Counted from the stretch's first letter, positions 10,321-18,596 are shown. The stretch: DNA of 24,000 nucleotides from Sporomusa sp. KB1 (GCF_007830295.1 NZ_VLKC01000002.1:3889546-3913545), one strand, 5' to 3'. Notes: a model not told the origin generated them from the sequence alone. Program-made: numbers and translations.

Positions 10321-11517
10321 ATGAATAAAAAAAATATATTAGCTATTGATGTTGGCACAGGTATGATCAAAGTGTTTGTTGGCAGAATGCTAGCTGATGG
10401 CAGTGTGGACATTTTAGGTAGTGGTGCTGCTCCAACAGTCGGCTACGATAGAGGAGTTATCACGGACAGTAACGCTTTGACTCATTCTATAAGACAGGCA
10501 GTAGATTGTGTTCTTATGGCAGCTGACAGCCAGGAGACAGGTTGTGTATACTTAGGTATTAGCGGTTCATCACTTGTTATGCAAAATAGTATTGGTAGTA
10601 TTGCCCCAATAACTTCAGGAACTGTGACACGTGAAGATGTTGAACGCGCCTGTAAAGCAGCAGCCTTTGCCGTTGCCGATACTAATTATGAAATTTTACA
10701 TGTGTTTTCAACCAGGGAATCTGTCGTCAAACCAGGCGCCGCCCTTGAGGTAGAAGCTCACATAATATCGGCGCCGAAGGTAATTGTGCAAGGACTAACC
10801 CAGGCGCTTGCCGAAACTGGGCTTAACCTGAATGGCATTGTTGCTAATGGTATTGTGGCTGCAGAAACGTTGAGGAAAGAGTTGCCTGATGAGCGTAATA
10901 ACTTTATTTTTATGGACATTGGGGCAGGTACGGCCGATGTTGTTATTTATGTTGGTGGTAAGCTTTGCGCTTCAGCCTCGTTACCCTTGGGCGGTGATTA
11001 TATAACCAATGATTTGATGCAGGGATTGAGTGTTAACCGAGTCCATGCTGAAGAAATTAAGCGATATTATTCCAGGTTGTCTCCTGATTTGCATAATCAA
11101 GGAGTGGTTCTGGACTGTAATGATTACGGAACTACAGATAAGCATATTTCTTTTGATTTTTTATATGATATTATTGAAAGTAGAGTAGATGAAATTGTTG
11201 GTTTGCTGTATGATTCGGTTAAACCGCTTCTGGACAAGCATCTAACTGTAAATGGACAAACTTTGGAGTGTATTTATTTGACGGGTGGCTCAGGGACAAT
11301 GCCCAGTATGGGCGCTTGCATAGCCAAAGTGTTTCAGATACATACCGAAACGATTAAGCCAGCGCAATTGGCTGGTGAATATGCGCATGCAACTAATACT
11401 GTGTGTTATGGCATTATAAGCCATGGAGCCAAAATTGCAACGAGTGAGCCAGTTGCAGAAGGCTACAGTGCTTGGAATGCTTTGATCCGTAAGGCTAAAA
11501 AATTATTGAAAATTTGA
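10321..11517 (+). CDS. ftsA: Cell division protein FtsA (actin-like ATPase)
   Basis: Actin-fold phosphate motifs AIDVGTGMIKV, DIGAGTADV and LTGGSGTMP. The C-terminal amphipathic helix WNALIRKAKKLLKI is typical of the FtsA membrane-targeting sequence. The gene sits immediately upstream of ftsZ. Confidence 0.9.
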   Translation: MNKKNILAIDVGTGMIKVFVGRMLADGSVDILGSGAAPTVGYDRGVITDSNALTHSIRQAVDCVLMAADSQETGCVYLGISGSSLVMQNSIGSIAPITSGTVTREDVERACKAAAFAVADTNYEILHVFSTRESVVKPGAALEVEAHIISAPKVIVQGLTQALAETGLNLNGIVANGIVAAETLRKELPDERNNFIFMDIGAGTADVVIYVGGKLCASASLPLGGDYITNDLMQGLSVNRVHAEEIKRYYSRLSPDLHNQGVVLDCNDYGTTDKHISFDFLYDIIESRVDEIVGLLYDSVKPLLDKHLTVNGQTLECIYLTGGSGTMPSMGACIAKVFQIHTETIKPAQLAGEYAHATNTVCYGIISHGAKIATSEPVAEGYSAWNALIRKAKKLLKI

Positions 11518-11544
11518 TAGATGGTAAGGGAGGAAAACTTAGTA

Positions 11545-12591
11545 ATGTTGGAATTTGACATGGACTTGGACCAGTTTGCTTCAATAAAAGTTATTGGTGT
11601 GGGCGGTGGTGGCAATAATGCCGTCAATCGAATGATTGGCGCTGGCTTGCAGGGCGTAGAATTTATCACTATAAATACAGATGCGCAGGCATTGATTGGT
11701 TCTGAAGCTACTTATCGTATTCAGATTGGTGAGAAACTAACCAAAGGCTTGGGAGCGGGGGCTAATCCGGATATTGGTGAGAAGGCCGCTCAAGAAAGCC
11801 GAGATGACATCATTAAGGTTCTTAAAGGATCGGACATGGTGTTTATTACAGCTGGTATGGGTGGCGGTACTGGCACCGGGGCGGCACCGATAGTAGCTGA
11901 GTGTGCCCGGGAAGTGGGAGCTTTAACGGTTGGGGTTGTTACTAAGCCTTTTTCTTTTGAGGGACGTAAGCGTCAGCTCCAAGCTGAACGGGGAATTGCC
12001 AAGCTTAAGGAAAAAGTAGATACGTTGATTACTATCCCTAATGATCGATTGTTACAGGTTGTGGATAAACGCACTCCGATCATGGAAGCATTCAAGATTG
12101 TTGATGATGTACTCCGTCAAGGTGTGCAAGGGATTTCTGATCTCATTGCTGTGCCGGCACTAATAAATCTTGACTTCGCCGATGTTAAGACTATTATGAG
12201 CGATGCTGGTTCAGCACTTATGGGTATTGGTTTTGGTACAGGGGATAACCGCGCAATTACGGCTGTTGAAGCGGCGATTAAGAGTCCGCTCTTAGAAATG
12301 TCAATTGACGGTGCTAAAGGTGTATTACTTAATTTTACGGGCGGTCCTAATACTACATTGTTTGAAGTTAATGAGGCTGCTGATATTATTGCTAAAGCGG
12401 CTGATCCTGAAGCTACGATTATATTTGGCGCGACCATTGATGAAGCGTTTGAAGACCAAGTTCGGGTAACTGTCATTGCTACTGGCTTTGATCCCCTGCC
12501 TTTGAAGGTAAGTGCAGGTAAAAGCGAAACTACGGTTATTGAACCGTTTAAAGGGCGGGATTTAGATATTCCGGCTTGGATGCGGCGGTAG
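11545..12591 (+). CDS. ftsZ: Cell division GTPase FtsZ
   Basis: Tubulin signature [11 protein letters not shown]-terminal [17 protein letters not shown], and the conserved C-terminal peptide [11 protein letters not shown] prefer the ATG at 11545 (RBS AGGGAGG upstream) to the in-frame ATG at 11521. Confidence 0.97.
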   Translation: MLEFDMDLDQFASIKVIGVGGGGNNAVNRMIGAGLQGVEFITINTDAQALIGSEATYRIQIGEKLTKGLGAGANPDIGEKAAQESRDDIIKVLKGSDMVFITAGMGGGTGTGAAPIVAECAREVGALTVGVVTKPFSFEGRKRQLQAERGIAKLKEKVDTLITIPNDRLLQVVDKRTPIMEAFKIVDDVLRQGVQGISDLIAVPALINLDFADVKTIMSDAGSALMGIGFGTGDNRAITAVEAAIKSPLLEMSIDGAKGVLLNFTGGPNTTLFEVNEAADIIAKAADPEATIIFGATIDEAFEDQVRVTVIATGFDPLPLKVSAGKSETTVIEPFKGRDLDIPAWMRR

Positions 12592-12619
12592 ATAATATAG
12601 TAAATAAGGAATGTAACAT

Positions 12620-12650
12620 AAAACCCGGCTCATTACGAGCCGGGTTTTAT
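12620..12650 (+). terminator. Rho-independent terminator after ftsZ
   Basis: AAAACCCGGCTC-ATTAC-GAGCCGGGTTTT is a perfect GC-rich stem followed by a T run. Confidence 0.85.
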
Positions 12651-12682
12651 GTCTATTTTTGGAATCAATAAAATGGCAGGAA

Positions 12683-12715
12683 TTTACATTTTATTGAAGG
12701 AAAACTTAGTATAAT
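12683..12715 (+). promoter_or_regulatory. Candidate spoIIG-type promoter with an over-long spacer
   Basis: TTTACA (12683-12688), a 21-nt spacer, then TATAAT (12710-12715), about 85 nt upstream of the spoIIGA GTG. No consensus 0A box (TGTCGAA) was seen. Confidence 0.35.
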
Positions 12716-12799
12716 TAGAATAACAATTTGATTCCAAGCATATAGTCTTATGTGTAAAATGTTTTCATGTATGAAATTTCATCCAAGAAGGTATAGCCT

Positions 12800-13732
12800 G
12801 TGAGCATTTATGCTGATGTGGTATTGTTAATCAATTTTATTATGAATAGCATTATTTTAGTAATAACAGCTTATGCTGCAGGCATTTCTTTTTGTTGGAA
12901 ACGCTTGTTAATGACGGCTGTAGCGGGAGGCGTATATACATTAGTCGGTATCTTTCCGGAGATGGCTATATTTTATAGTATACCCGGAAAGTTTTTAGCG
13001 TCTGTGGTGATTATTTTATTGGCTTTTGGCTATAGGTCAGTAAAGCTGACAGTAACACTTACCGGCATTTTTTTTATAGTATCTTTTATTTTGGGTGGGG
13101 CTTTGTTGGGCTGGATGTATTTTATTCAAACGGAAGCGCCTTATAGAGCTGGTACTACTATTAAACTCTCCTGGGGCAATTTAATGGCAGGCAGTGTCTT
13201 AGCCATAGTTCTCATCCTGCTGGTTGTCAAAAGACTGCTGGCCAGAATGTACCGGTATAAGACTTTTTATCAGGCAAGAATAGAATATGCCGGGCAGTTG
13301 CAGGAGATTACAGGTATGATGGATACTGGCAATGGCCTCTATTCGTTGCTGGGGCGTAAACCGGTAGTTCTGCTTTCTCTGCAATCGGCACTTCAACTAC
13401 TGGGCCGGCAGGTTGCAGCATTCTTAACAGCTAATCGGCCGGATTCCTGGTTAGCTAATCTTGACAAATGTCAGGATTCAGCTTGGCTAGCCAGGGTGGA
13501 GGTTATTCCCTGCCAGTCTGTTGGGGGCCGCAATATGTTGCTTGGTTTTAGACCGGATAGTATTACCGTGATGAGCAATGTGGGCTCGTACTATACTTCA
13601 GAAGTACTTATCGGCATTTACGATGGTACCTTTGCTGATGGTAGCAATTGTCAGGCGCTTTTACATCCGGCGCTTATAACAGAAATTAATAGGACCAAGG
13701 GGGAAAGTACATGCGAATTACCTGGCCAATAA
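12800..13732 (+). CDS. spoIIGA: Sigma-E processing aspartic peptidase SpoIIGA
   Basis: GTG start with RBS AGAAGG. N-terminus [16 protein letters not shown] resembles B. subtilis SpoIIGA, and about five TM segments follow. The catalytic DTGN motif is present ([11 protein letters not shown]). The gene lies directly upstream of sigE. Confidence 0.9.
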   Translation: MSIYADVVLLINFIMNSIILVITAYAAGISFCWKRLLMTAVAGGVYTLVGIFPEMAIFYSIPGKFLASVVIILLAFGYRSVKLTVTLTGIFFIVSFILGGALLGWMYFIQTEAPYRAGTTIKLSWGNLMAGSVLAIVLILLVVKRLLARMYRYKTFYQARIEYAGQLQEITGMMDTGNGLYSLLGRKPVVLLSLQSALQLLGRQVAAFLTANRPDSWLANLDKCQDSAWLARVEVIPCQSVGGRNMLLGFRPDSITVMSNVGSYYTSEVLIGIYDGTFADGSNCQALLHPALITEINRTKGESTCELPGQ

Positions 13733-14448
13733 TTAAATTGTATATAAGGCTAAGGATCATATCACTACTTCAGGCGATTGGCTGGCTGAAGCCTGATGAA
13801 GTATTTTATGTTGGTAGCGCGGAAATTTTACCGCCACCTTTATCAAGTGATGAAGAGATATTTTTGCTTAACCGTTTGCAAAAAGGGGATAAATCTGTCA
13901 GAAGTGTATTCATTGAGCGTAACCTCCGGCTTGTCGTCTACATTGCCCGCAAATTTGAAAATACCGGCGTAAGTGTCGAAGATTTAGTTAGCATCGGTAC
14001 GATTGGCCTAATTAAAGCAGTAAACACGTTTGATCCCGTCAAAAAGATTAAACTAGCCACATATGCTTCACGATGTATCGAAAATGAAATTTTAATGTAT
14101 TTACGCCGTAACAGTAAAACCCGGGCCGAAGTATCCTTTGACGAACCATTAAATATTGATTGGGATGGTAATGAGCTGTTGCTTTCTGATGTGTTAGGTA
14201 CAGATAATGATATTATTTATAAGTCAGTGGAGGAAGAGGTTGATAAAACCCTGTTATACACAGCCATGAGCAAGTTGTCAGGGCGGGAACGAAGAATTAT
14301 GGAACTACGGTTTGGCCTTAATGATGACGGTAATGAACGTACACAAAAAGAAGTAGCTGATATGCTGGGGATATCTCAGTCGTACATATCAAGGCTGGAA
14401 AAGAGAATAATAAAGAGGCTGCGTAAAGAGATTAGTCGCATGGAATGA
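13711..14448 (+). CDS. sigE: RNA polymerase sporulation sigma factor pro-sigma-E
   Basis: Near-identical blocks to B. subtilis SigE: [64 protein letters not shown] and [21 protein letters not shown]. An N-terminal pro-sequence is present. RBS GGGGGA. The start overlaps the spoIIGA end by 22 nt. Confidence 0.96.
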   Translation: MRITWPIIKLYIRLRIISLLQAIGWLKPDEVFYVGSAEILPPPLSSDEEIFLLNRLQKGDKSVRSVFIERNLRLVVYIARKFENTGVSVEDLVSIGTIGLIKAVNTFDPVKKIKLATYASRCIENEILMYLRRNSKTRAEVSFDEPLNIDWDGNELLLSDVLGTDNDIIYKSVEEEVDKTLLYTAMSKLSGRERRIMELRFGLNDDGNERTQKEVADMLGISQSYISRLEKRIIKRLRKEISRME

Positions 14449-14470
14449 AGTCTTGCGGCTCTTTTTTTTT
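14434..14470 (+). terminator. Possible terminator or attenuator after sigE
   Basis: AGTCGCA (14434-14440) pairs with TGCGGCT (14454-14460), including one G-U pair, across a 13-nt loop. The run CTTTTTTTTT follows. The stem overlaps the sigE stop codon. Confidence 0.5.
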
Positions 14471-14512
14471 GCCTATTTTTGAAAAATGTCAGGCATCTCT
14501 TTGGCAGCAGAA

Positions 14513-14542
14513 GTATAAAACCAGCAGGCCATGGCAATAATG
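14513..14542 (+). promoter_or_regulatory. Forespore sigma-F/sigma-G-type promoter upstream of sigG
   Basis: GTATA (14513-14517), a 15-nt spacer, then GGCAATAATG (14533-14542). This fits the published sigma-F consensus GywTA-N15-GgnrAnAnTw at all but the last position. It lies about 58 nt upstream of the sigG ATG. Confidence 0.6.
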
Positions 14543-14599
14543 CTTGTGTAGGGTAGTTAAGTTGTTTTAGTAGCTTAGAAAAACTGGGGAGGGAATAAC

Positions 14600-15373
14600 A
14601 TGATTGTCAACAAAGTCGAAATATGTGGTGTAAATACAGCGAAGCTCCCGGTGCTTTCTGCCACTAAAATGCGTGAGTTGTTTGAGGTAATGCAGGGGGG
14701 CGAAAAAGGCGCCCGGGAACAGCTGATTTATAGCAATCTCCGATTAGTGCTTAGTGTAATTCAACGGTTTAATAATCGGGGAGAATATGTCGATGACTTA
14801 TTTCAGGTTGGCTGCATTGGCTTAATGAAAGCTATTGATAACTTTGATCTGGCACAGAATGTAAAGTTTTCTACCTATGCAGTACCGATGATTATTGGAG
14901 AAATCCGGCGCTATTTAAGAGATAACAACCCCATAAGGGTAAGCCGTTCAATGCGGGATGTTGCCTATAAAGCGCTGCAAGTACGGGATTCGTTAGTCAG
15001 TCGGTTTTCACGGGAGCCGTCAATTAATGAGATTGCTGATGAACTTAAGGTGCCAAGAGAAGAAATAATATTTGCCCTGGACGCAATCCAAGAGCCTATA
15101 TCCTTATTTGAACCTATTTATCATGATGGCGGTGATCCCATTTTTGTAATGGATCAAATCAGTGATGATAAACATTTAGATTTAAGTTGGCTTGAGGGAG
15201 TGGCAATTAAAGAAGCTCTGCGCAAACTGAGTGACCGCGAGAAACATATACTTACTCTTAGGTTCTTTGAGGGTAAAACGCAGATGGAAGTTGCAGATGA
15301 AATTGGTATTTCCCAGGCACAAGTGTCGCGGTTGGAAAAGGCCGCATTAGGCCATATGCGCAAATACATATAG
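14600..15373 (+). CDS. sigG: RNA polymerase sporulation sigma factor sigma-G
   Basis: Long near-identical blocks to B. subtilis SigG: NKVEICGV, NLRLVLSVIQRFNNRGEYVDDLFQVGCIGLMK, VKFSTYAVPMIIGEIRRYLRDNNPIRVSRS and KTQMEVADEIGISQAQVSRLEKAA. Confidence 0.96.
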   Translation: MIVNKVEICGVNTAKLPVLSATKMRELFEVMQGGEKGAREQLIYSNLRLVLSVIQRFNNRGEYVDDLFQVGCIGLMKAIDNFDLAQNVKFSTYAVPMIIGEIRRYLRDNNPIRVSRSMRDVAYKALQVRDSLVSRFSREPSINEIADELKVPREEIIFALDAIQEPISLFEPIYHDGGDPIFVMDQISDDKHLDLSWLEGVAIKEALRKLSDREKHILTLRFFEGKTQMEVADEIGISQAQVSRLEKAALGHMRKYI

Positions 15374-15402
15374 AGTTTATGATTTACTTGGGAGGCAGTG
15401 TA

Positions 15403-16011
15403 ATGGAGAGAAGTTTACCTTTGTGGAGTAAGCGAATGTTAATAATTCTAGTAGTTTGTTTTATTGCTGGTGGCTGGAGTGTACTTCTTTATCAGCAAAA
15501 ACACGGGGTACCAGTGACACCCAATAGCAGTGATTATGTTAGATTGCATATTTTGGCTAATAGCGATAGCGTACAAGACCAACAGCTTAAACTAAAGGTT
15601 CGCGATGCAGTAATTGCCTATCTAACCCCATATGTCAAAGATGTGACTGATGCCCAAGCAGCTAAAAACATTATAGCTAACCGCCAAGAGGAACTTGTTC
15701 TGGTAGCCAAAAACACGCTAGCCGAAAACGGCGTTGATTATCCTGTAGCTATCCAAATCGGTAGTTTTGAGTTTCCGGTGCGTTCCTACGGCAGCTTAGT
15801 GTTGCCTGCGGGAGAGTATCAGGCTGTTCGCATTCTCCTGGGAGAGGCTGCTGGGCAAAATTGGTGGTGCGTATTATTTCCACCCCTATGTTTTATTGAC
15901 GGTACTAACACGACCTTAGCCCCAGTTACTTCTTCAAAAGAATATACTCAGCAGGAAGATGGCGATAGACCTTTAAAAATTTGCTGGAAGCTGGCTGAGA
16001 TTTTTAATTAA
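15403..16011 (+). CDS. spoIIR: Stage II sporulation protein R (SpoIIR), the forespore signal that activates SpoIIGA
   Basis: Conserved SpoIIR blocks VRLHILANSDSVQDQQLKLKVRDAV and NWWCVLFPPLCF, with an N-terminal signal/TM segment. I prefer the ATG at 15403 (RBS GGGAGG 7 nt upstream) to the ORF-track ATG at 15379. Confidence 0.9.
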   Translation: MERSLPLWSKRMLIILVVCFIAGGWSVLLYQQKHGVPVTPNSSDYVRLHILANSDSVQDQQLKLKVRDAVIAYLTPYVKDVTDAQAAKNIIANRQEELVLVAKNTLAENGVDYPVAIQIGSFEFPVRSYGSLVLPAGEYQAVRILLGEAAGQNWWCVLFPPLCFIDGTNTTLAPVTSSKEYTQQEDGDRPLKICWKLAEIFN

Positions 16012-16034
16012 TAAATTGTGTAATGGGTAAAAAA

Positions 16035-16074
16035 ACAGCCTCAGCTCTGCGAAATGCAGAGTTGAGACTGTTTT
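16035..16074. terminator. Bidirectional terminator between the convergent spoIIR and 556-aa genes
   Basis: 16-bp stem ACAGCCTCAGCTCTGC / GCAGAGTTGAGACTGT (two G-U pairs), loop GAAAT. An A run (16029-16034) flanks the 5' side and TTTT the 3' side. Confidence 0.8.
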
Positions 16075-16151
16075 AATATGTAGACTAGAAAGTCGGACTT
16101 ATAAAGCTCTTTTTGTGCTTGTATTCATTGCGTGAAACTTTACTGAGATTG

Positions 16152-17822
16152 TTATACTTCGACAACGCGCCTGATATTGCTGTGTGCTACAACGCTTTCT
16201 TCTACTGAATAAGTAGGAATTGCAGCACTGGCCATCTGTTGGATGGTAAGGGGAATGTTGGTTTTGGACAAAAACACTAACCGTTTGTCGTAATAGCGAA
16301 TTAGTTTGATCATCTTATAAAAACAGTCATGGCTGAATTTGCAGCGAACATTGGCAAAAATAATATCAGCATGGATGATAAGCGCTTCATCAAAGCCGTT
16401 TGCATCGCCGGAGAGATAAACAAAATTAGGTAGCTGGGTCTTTAACTTGGTTTGCCAATTTTCAGCACCGCCGATAACCAAGGCGTGAATGTTGCTTAAT
16501 GTGCTTAATGCTGCCTCGATATTGTAGTGTTGATTAGATGTTGCTAAATTTATAATATTATTAGAGTTTTCTATGTCTTTACTTTGTCTTCGGTGATTTT
16601 CCGCTTGCGTAAGCTTAGTTTGAAGTAGCTCAGTTTCTTTGCTTAAGGCATTCACCACGAACTTTTGTTTGAGAACCAAGGCGTTAAGCTCTTCTTCTTT
16701 TTGAGCCAGCAAATCGGTTTTGGCTGCCAAATCTGCACTCATCCTGCGAACTTCTATTTCGTAGGCTCGAAGTTGTTTTTTGAGATTATCCATTTCGGCA
16801 GATAGAAAAGGATTGTTTTGTTCAAAATAATATTTCCTCGTTTTTTTATACTCACGTATGAATTCGAGTAAACTTAAGCCGAACATTACAAACTCGGCAC
16901 ATTTTGATTCCAGATCCTCGTGGCTTTGCGTATGATTGGATCGGAATAATTCTGAGGTCATCTTTATAATATAGAGGCGACAAAGTAGCTCAACATCTCG
17001 TTCTTTAATCTTTGTCAAAATTTTTGGTGATGCCAAGGATAATCCTGTTGATGATGACAAATACGCGGTGCAGTGAGCCATTCCTTCCCAGAAATGGTCG
17101 CCGTTCCAGGGTTCAAGATAATTATAAAATACCTTTTGATATATCGCATTTTTAAGTTGACGGGCCATTTTTTTTATTGCTGGTTTATTCAGCCTGTTTT
17201 TTAATTGTTGAAAATCGCTGGTGTTATCAAGCTTGCTGGCAAGTGTTTGCACAACGAATAAAGTCTCAGGTTCTGGTATGATTGCTTTTTTGCCTAAAAC
17301 ACAGGTAATAAACATGGCGAATTTTAGGGAGGCATGAGGCGGTAAATCAATAGCTGGATACATTGCAATGAAATATTGAAGATATTGTATTGCGGCGCCA
17401 GTAAGAAGATTGTGGTATTGAACGTCTTTGTCGGATTCGGCATAATACTCTGGCTGAGCGGCTTTTGATAAATCAATTGTTTCGGCATTTTTAATATAGC
17501 CATACAGATTGCTCCAGCGTTTTGTCAGAATGCGTATTACCTGTTCGAATAAGGGAGAACAAGGGCCATCTTCCATAGCCACAAGCACCATGCCTAAGTA
17601 TTTTAAGGCATAAATTTGTCGATCAATGCCGCTGATAGTGAACAAAGGATGATTAGCATAAGAAGAATGAGAGGCTGCAGTCTGGTAACGAGTTTTATCG
17701 ATTTCATAAAGCAAGTCTATTTCTTTGTATGCTGATGATGTATCGGCAGCGAGCTGGACAAAAAGAGGGAGCGTATCAACCGGGATATTGTTGGCTACTA
17801 ATATGAAATCCGAAATCTTCAT
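16152..17822 (-). CDS. Hypothetical 556-aa protein: novel helical N-terminal region, central coiled coil, DUF2325-like C-terminal domain
   Basis: Long uninterrupted ORF with RBS GGATGGTGA upstream. Residues ~341-412 are heptad-rich (EMDNLKKQLRAYEIEVRR...ELLQTKLTQAENH). Residues ~446-530 (ALVIGGAENW...HADIIFANVRCKFSHDCFYKMIKL...LVFLSKTN) match my memory of the DUF2325 pattern (GG ... aD-hh ... sH ... k). No TM segment or signal peptide. Confidence 0.7.
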   Translation of the reverse strand: MKISDFILVANNIPVDTLPLFVQLAADTSSAYKEIDLLYEIDKTRYQTAASHSSYANHPLFTISGIDRQIYALKYLGMVLVAMEDGPCSPLFEQVIRILTKRWSNLYGYIKNAETIDLSKAAQPEYYAESDKDVQYHNLLTGAAIQYLQYFIAMYPAIDLPPHASLKFAMFITCVLGKKAIIPEPETLFVVQTLASKLDNTSDFQQLKNRLNKPAIKKMARQLKNAIYQKVFYNYLEPWNGDHFWEGMAHCTAYLSSSTGLSLASPKILTKIKERDVELLCRLYIIKMTSELFRSNHTQSHEDLESKCAEFVMFGLSLLEFIREYKKTRKYYFEQNNPFLSAEMDNLKKQLRAYEIEVRRMSADLAAKTDLLAQKEEELNALVLKQKFVVNALSKETELLQTKLTQAENHRRQSKDIENSNNIINLATSNQHYNIEAALSTLSNIHALVIGGAENWQTKLKTQLPNFVYLSGDANGFDEALIIHADIIFANVRCKFSHDCFYKMIKLIRYYDKRLVFLSKTNIPLTIQQMASAAIPTYSVEESVVAHSNIRRVVEV

Positions 17823-17870
17823 GCGGTATCACCATCCTTTTTGTATTAAAAATAAAACGATCTATTCTCT

Positions 17871-18230
17871 TTACACTACTTTTTTGGTAATACATTCGAC
17901 ACTTTCTATTTGGTAAGACGCGGCAATAGTCGTGCTTCGTTCGCCTTTGGCTGTCTGTATTGCCGCTTTGACTGCAAGCAGAGACTCCGTAATATTTTTT
18001 AGGTTGTTTGTTAACGTTACAAGGATATTAACATAGGTATCAAATGTATAGTCGTTCTTAGACAAGGTAGCTTCTTGAATGGCTTTATGGGTATCTACAA
18101 GGAGTTCTTGAAAGGCATGTTCAGAGTATTGTAAGTCAGTTAGTGTATAGCAACCGGGTTCATTGTCGGTTAGTAACATAATCTTCCCATTGGTTAAAAC
18201 ATCACTGTGATCATTGATTCGTGAATACAT
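17871..18230 (-). CDS. Hypothetical 119-aa protein, first gene of the operon with the 556-aa gene
   Basis: ORF with a strong RBS (AGGGAGGAAAAATT-ATG). It lies 48 nt upstream of the 556-aa gene on the same strand. No recognisable motif, TM segment or signal peptide. Confidence 0.6.
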   Translation of the reverse strand: MYSRINDHSDVLTNGKIMLLTDNEPGCYTLTDLQYSEHAFQELLVDTHKAIQEATLSKNDYTFDTYVNILVTLTNNLKNITESLLAVKAAIQTAKGERSTTIAASYQIESVECITKKVV

Positions 18231-18281
18231 AATTTTTCCTCCCTAGTAACATTTTATTAGGCTAACTAAAGCGACAAGCTT

Positions 18282-18326
18282 AAACGAAAATATGCCAAGC
18301 CTATCCAGAACGGAAAGGGCTTGGCA
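18282..18326 (-). terminator. Leader terminator (attenuator) inside the 5' UTR of the 119-aa gene
   Basis: Read on the minus strand, UGCCAAGCC-N16-GGCUUGGCA forms a 9-bp stem followed by AUAUUUUCGUUU. It sits about 60 nt upstream of the ATG at 18230. Confidence 0.7.
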
Positions 18327-18392
18327 ATAAATTCAAGCGAACGTAATAAAAGAACATAAAACAAGTGTAAAACTTTGCACTGCTTGAAATAT

Positions 18393-18487
18393 TGCTCCTT
18401 TCCAAAAGGGAGATATAGCCGTTTTCAGCTATACCGATCGGCCGGATACCATGCCACGAAAGGATTAGGTAAATCGGCTAAGGAGCA
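18393..18487 (-). promoter_or_regulatory. Candidate riboswitch aptamer; class unproven, some resemblance to the Moco/Tuco RNA motif
   Basis: On the minus strand an 8-bp closing helix, UGCUCCUU (18487-18480) / AAGGAGCA (18400-18393), encloses about 80 nt. Internal hairpins are GCCG..UACC / GGUA..CGGC (18478-18441) and UAUAGC-UGAAAACG-GCUAUA (18433-18414). The 3' strand also pairs with the terminator's 5' arm. Confidence 0.5.
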
Positions 18488-18567
18488 GACTATCTGATTA
18501 TGAAACTTTAACAAAGAGGTATTCGATAACGAAAACTAACATAAACAAACATGAATAATTAATTACT

Positions 18568-18596
18568 ATTATATTGTTTGGCGGTGTATAAATCAA
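18568..18596 (-). promoter_or_regulatory. Sigma-A-type promoter for the riboswitch-like leader and the 119/556-aa operon
   Basis: On the minus strand: TTGATT (18596-18591), a 17-nt spacer, then TATAAT (18573-18568). Confidence 0.6.

Noticed and set aside
327-15369. Many 60-126-aa ORFs antisense to or overlapping the dcw and sporulation genes (for example 327-524, 1058-1432, 1511-1702, 1718-1909, 3013-3393, 3781-4217, 6023-6226, 6401-6697, 6902-7153, 9341-9562, 9713-10009, 11463-11669, 12117-12476, 13199-13396, 15154-15369).
   Set aside because: Each lies entirely within, or largely overlaps, a strongly supported conserved gene on the opposite strand. None has a convincing RBS, and the translations are low-complexity with no recognisable motif.
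17725-17916. 63-aa plus-strand ORF spanning the junction of the 119-aa and 556-aa genes, and the 60-aa plus-strand ORF at 20098-20280 antisense to the hxlR-like gene.
   Set aside because: Both overlap better-supported minus-strand genes and lack an RBS or any motif.
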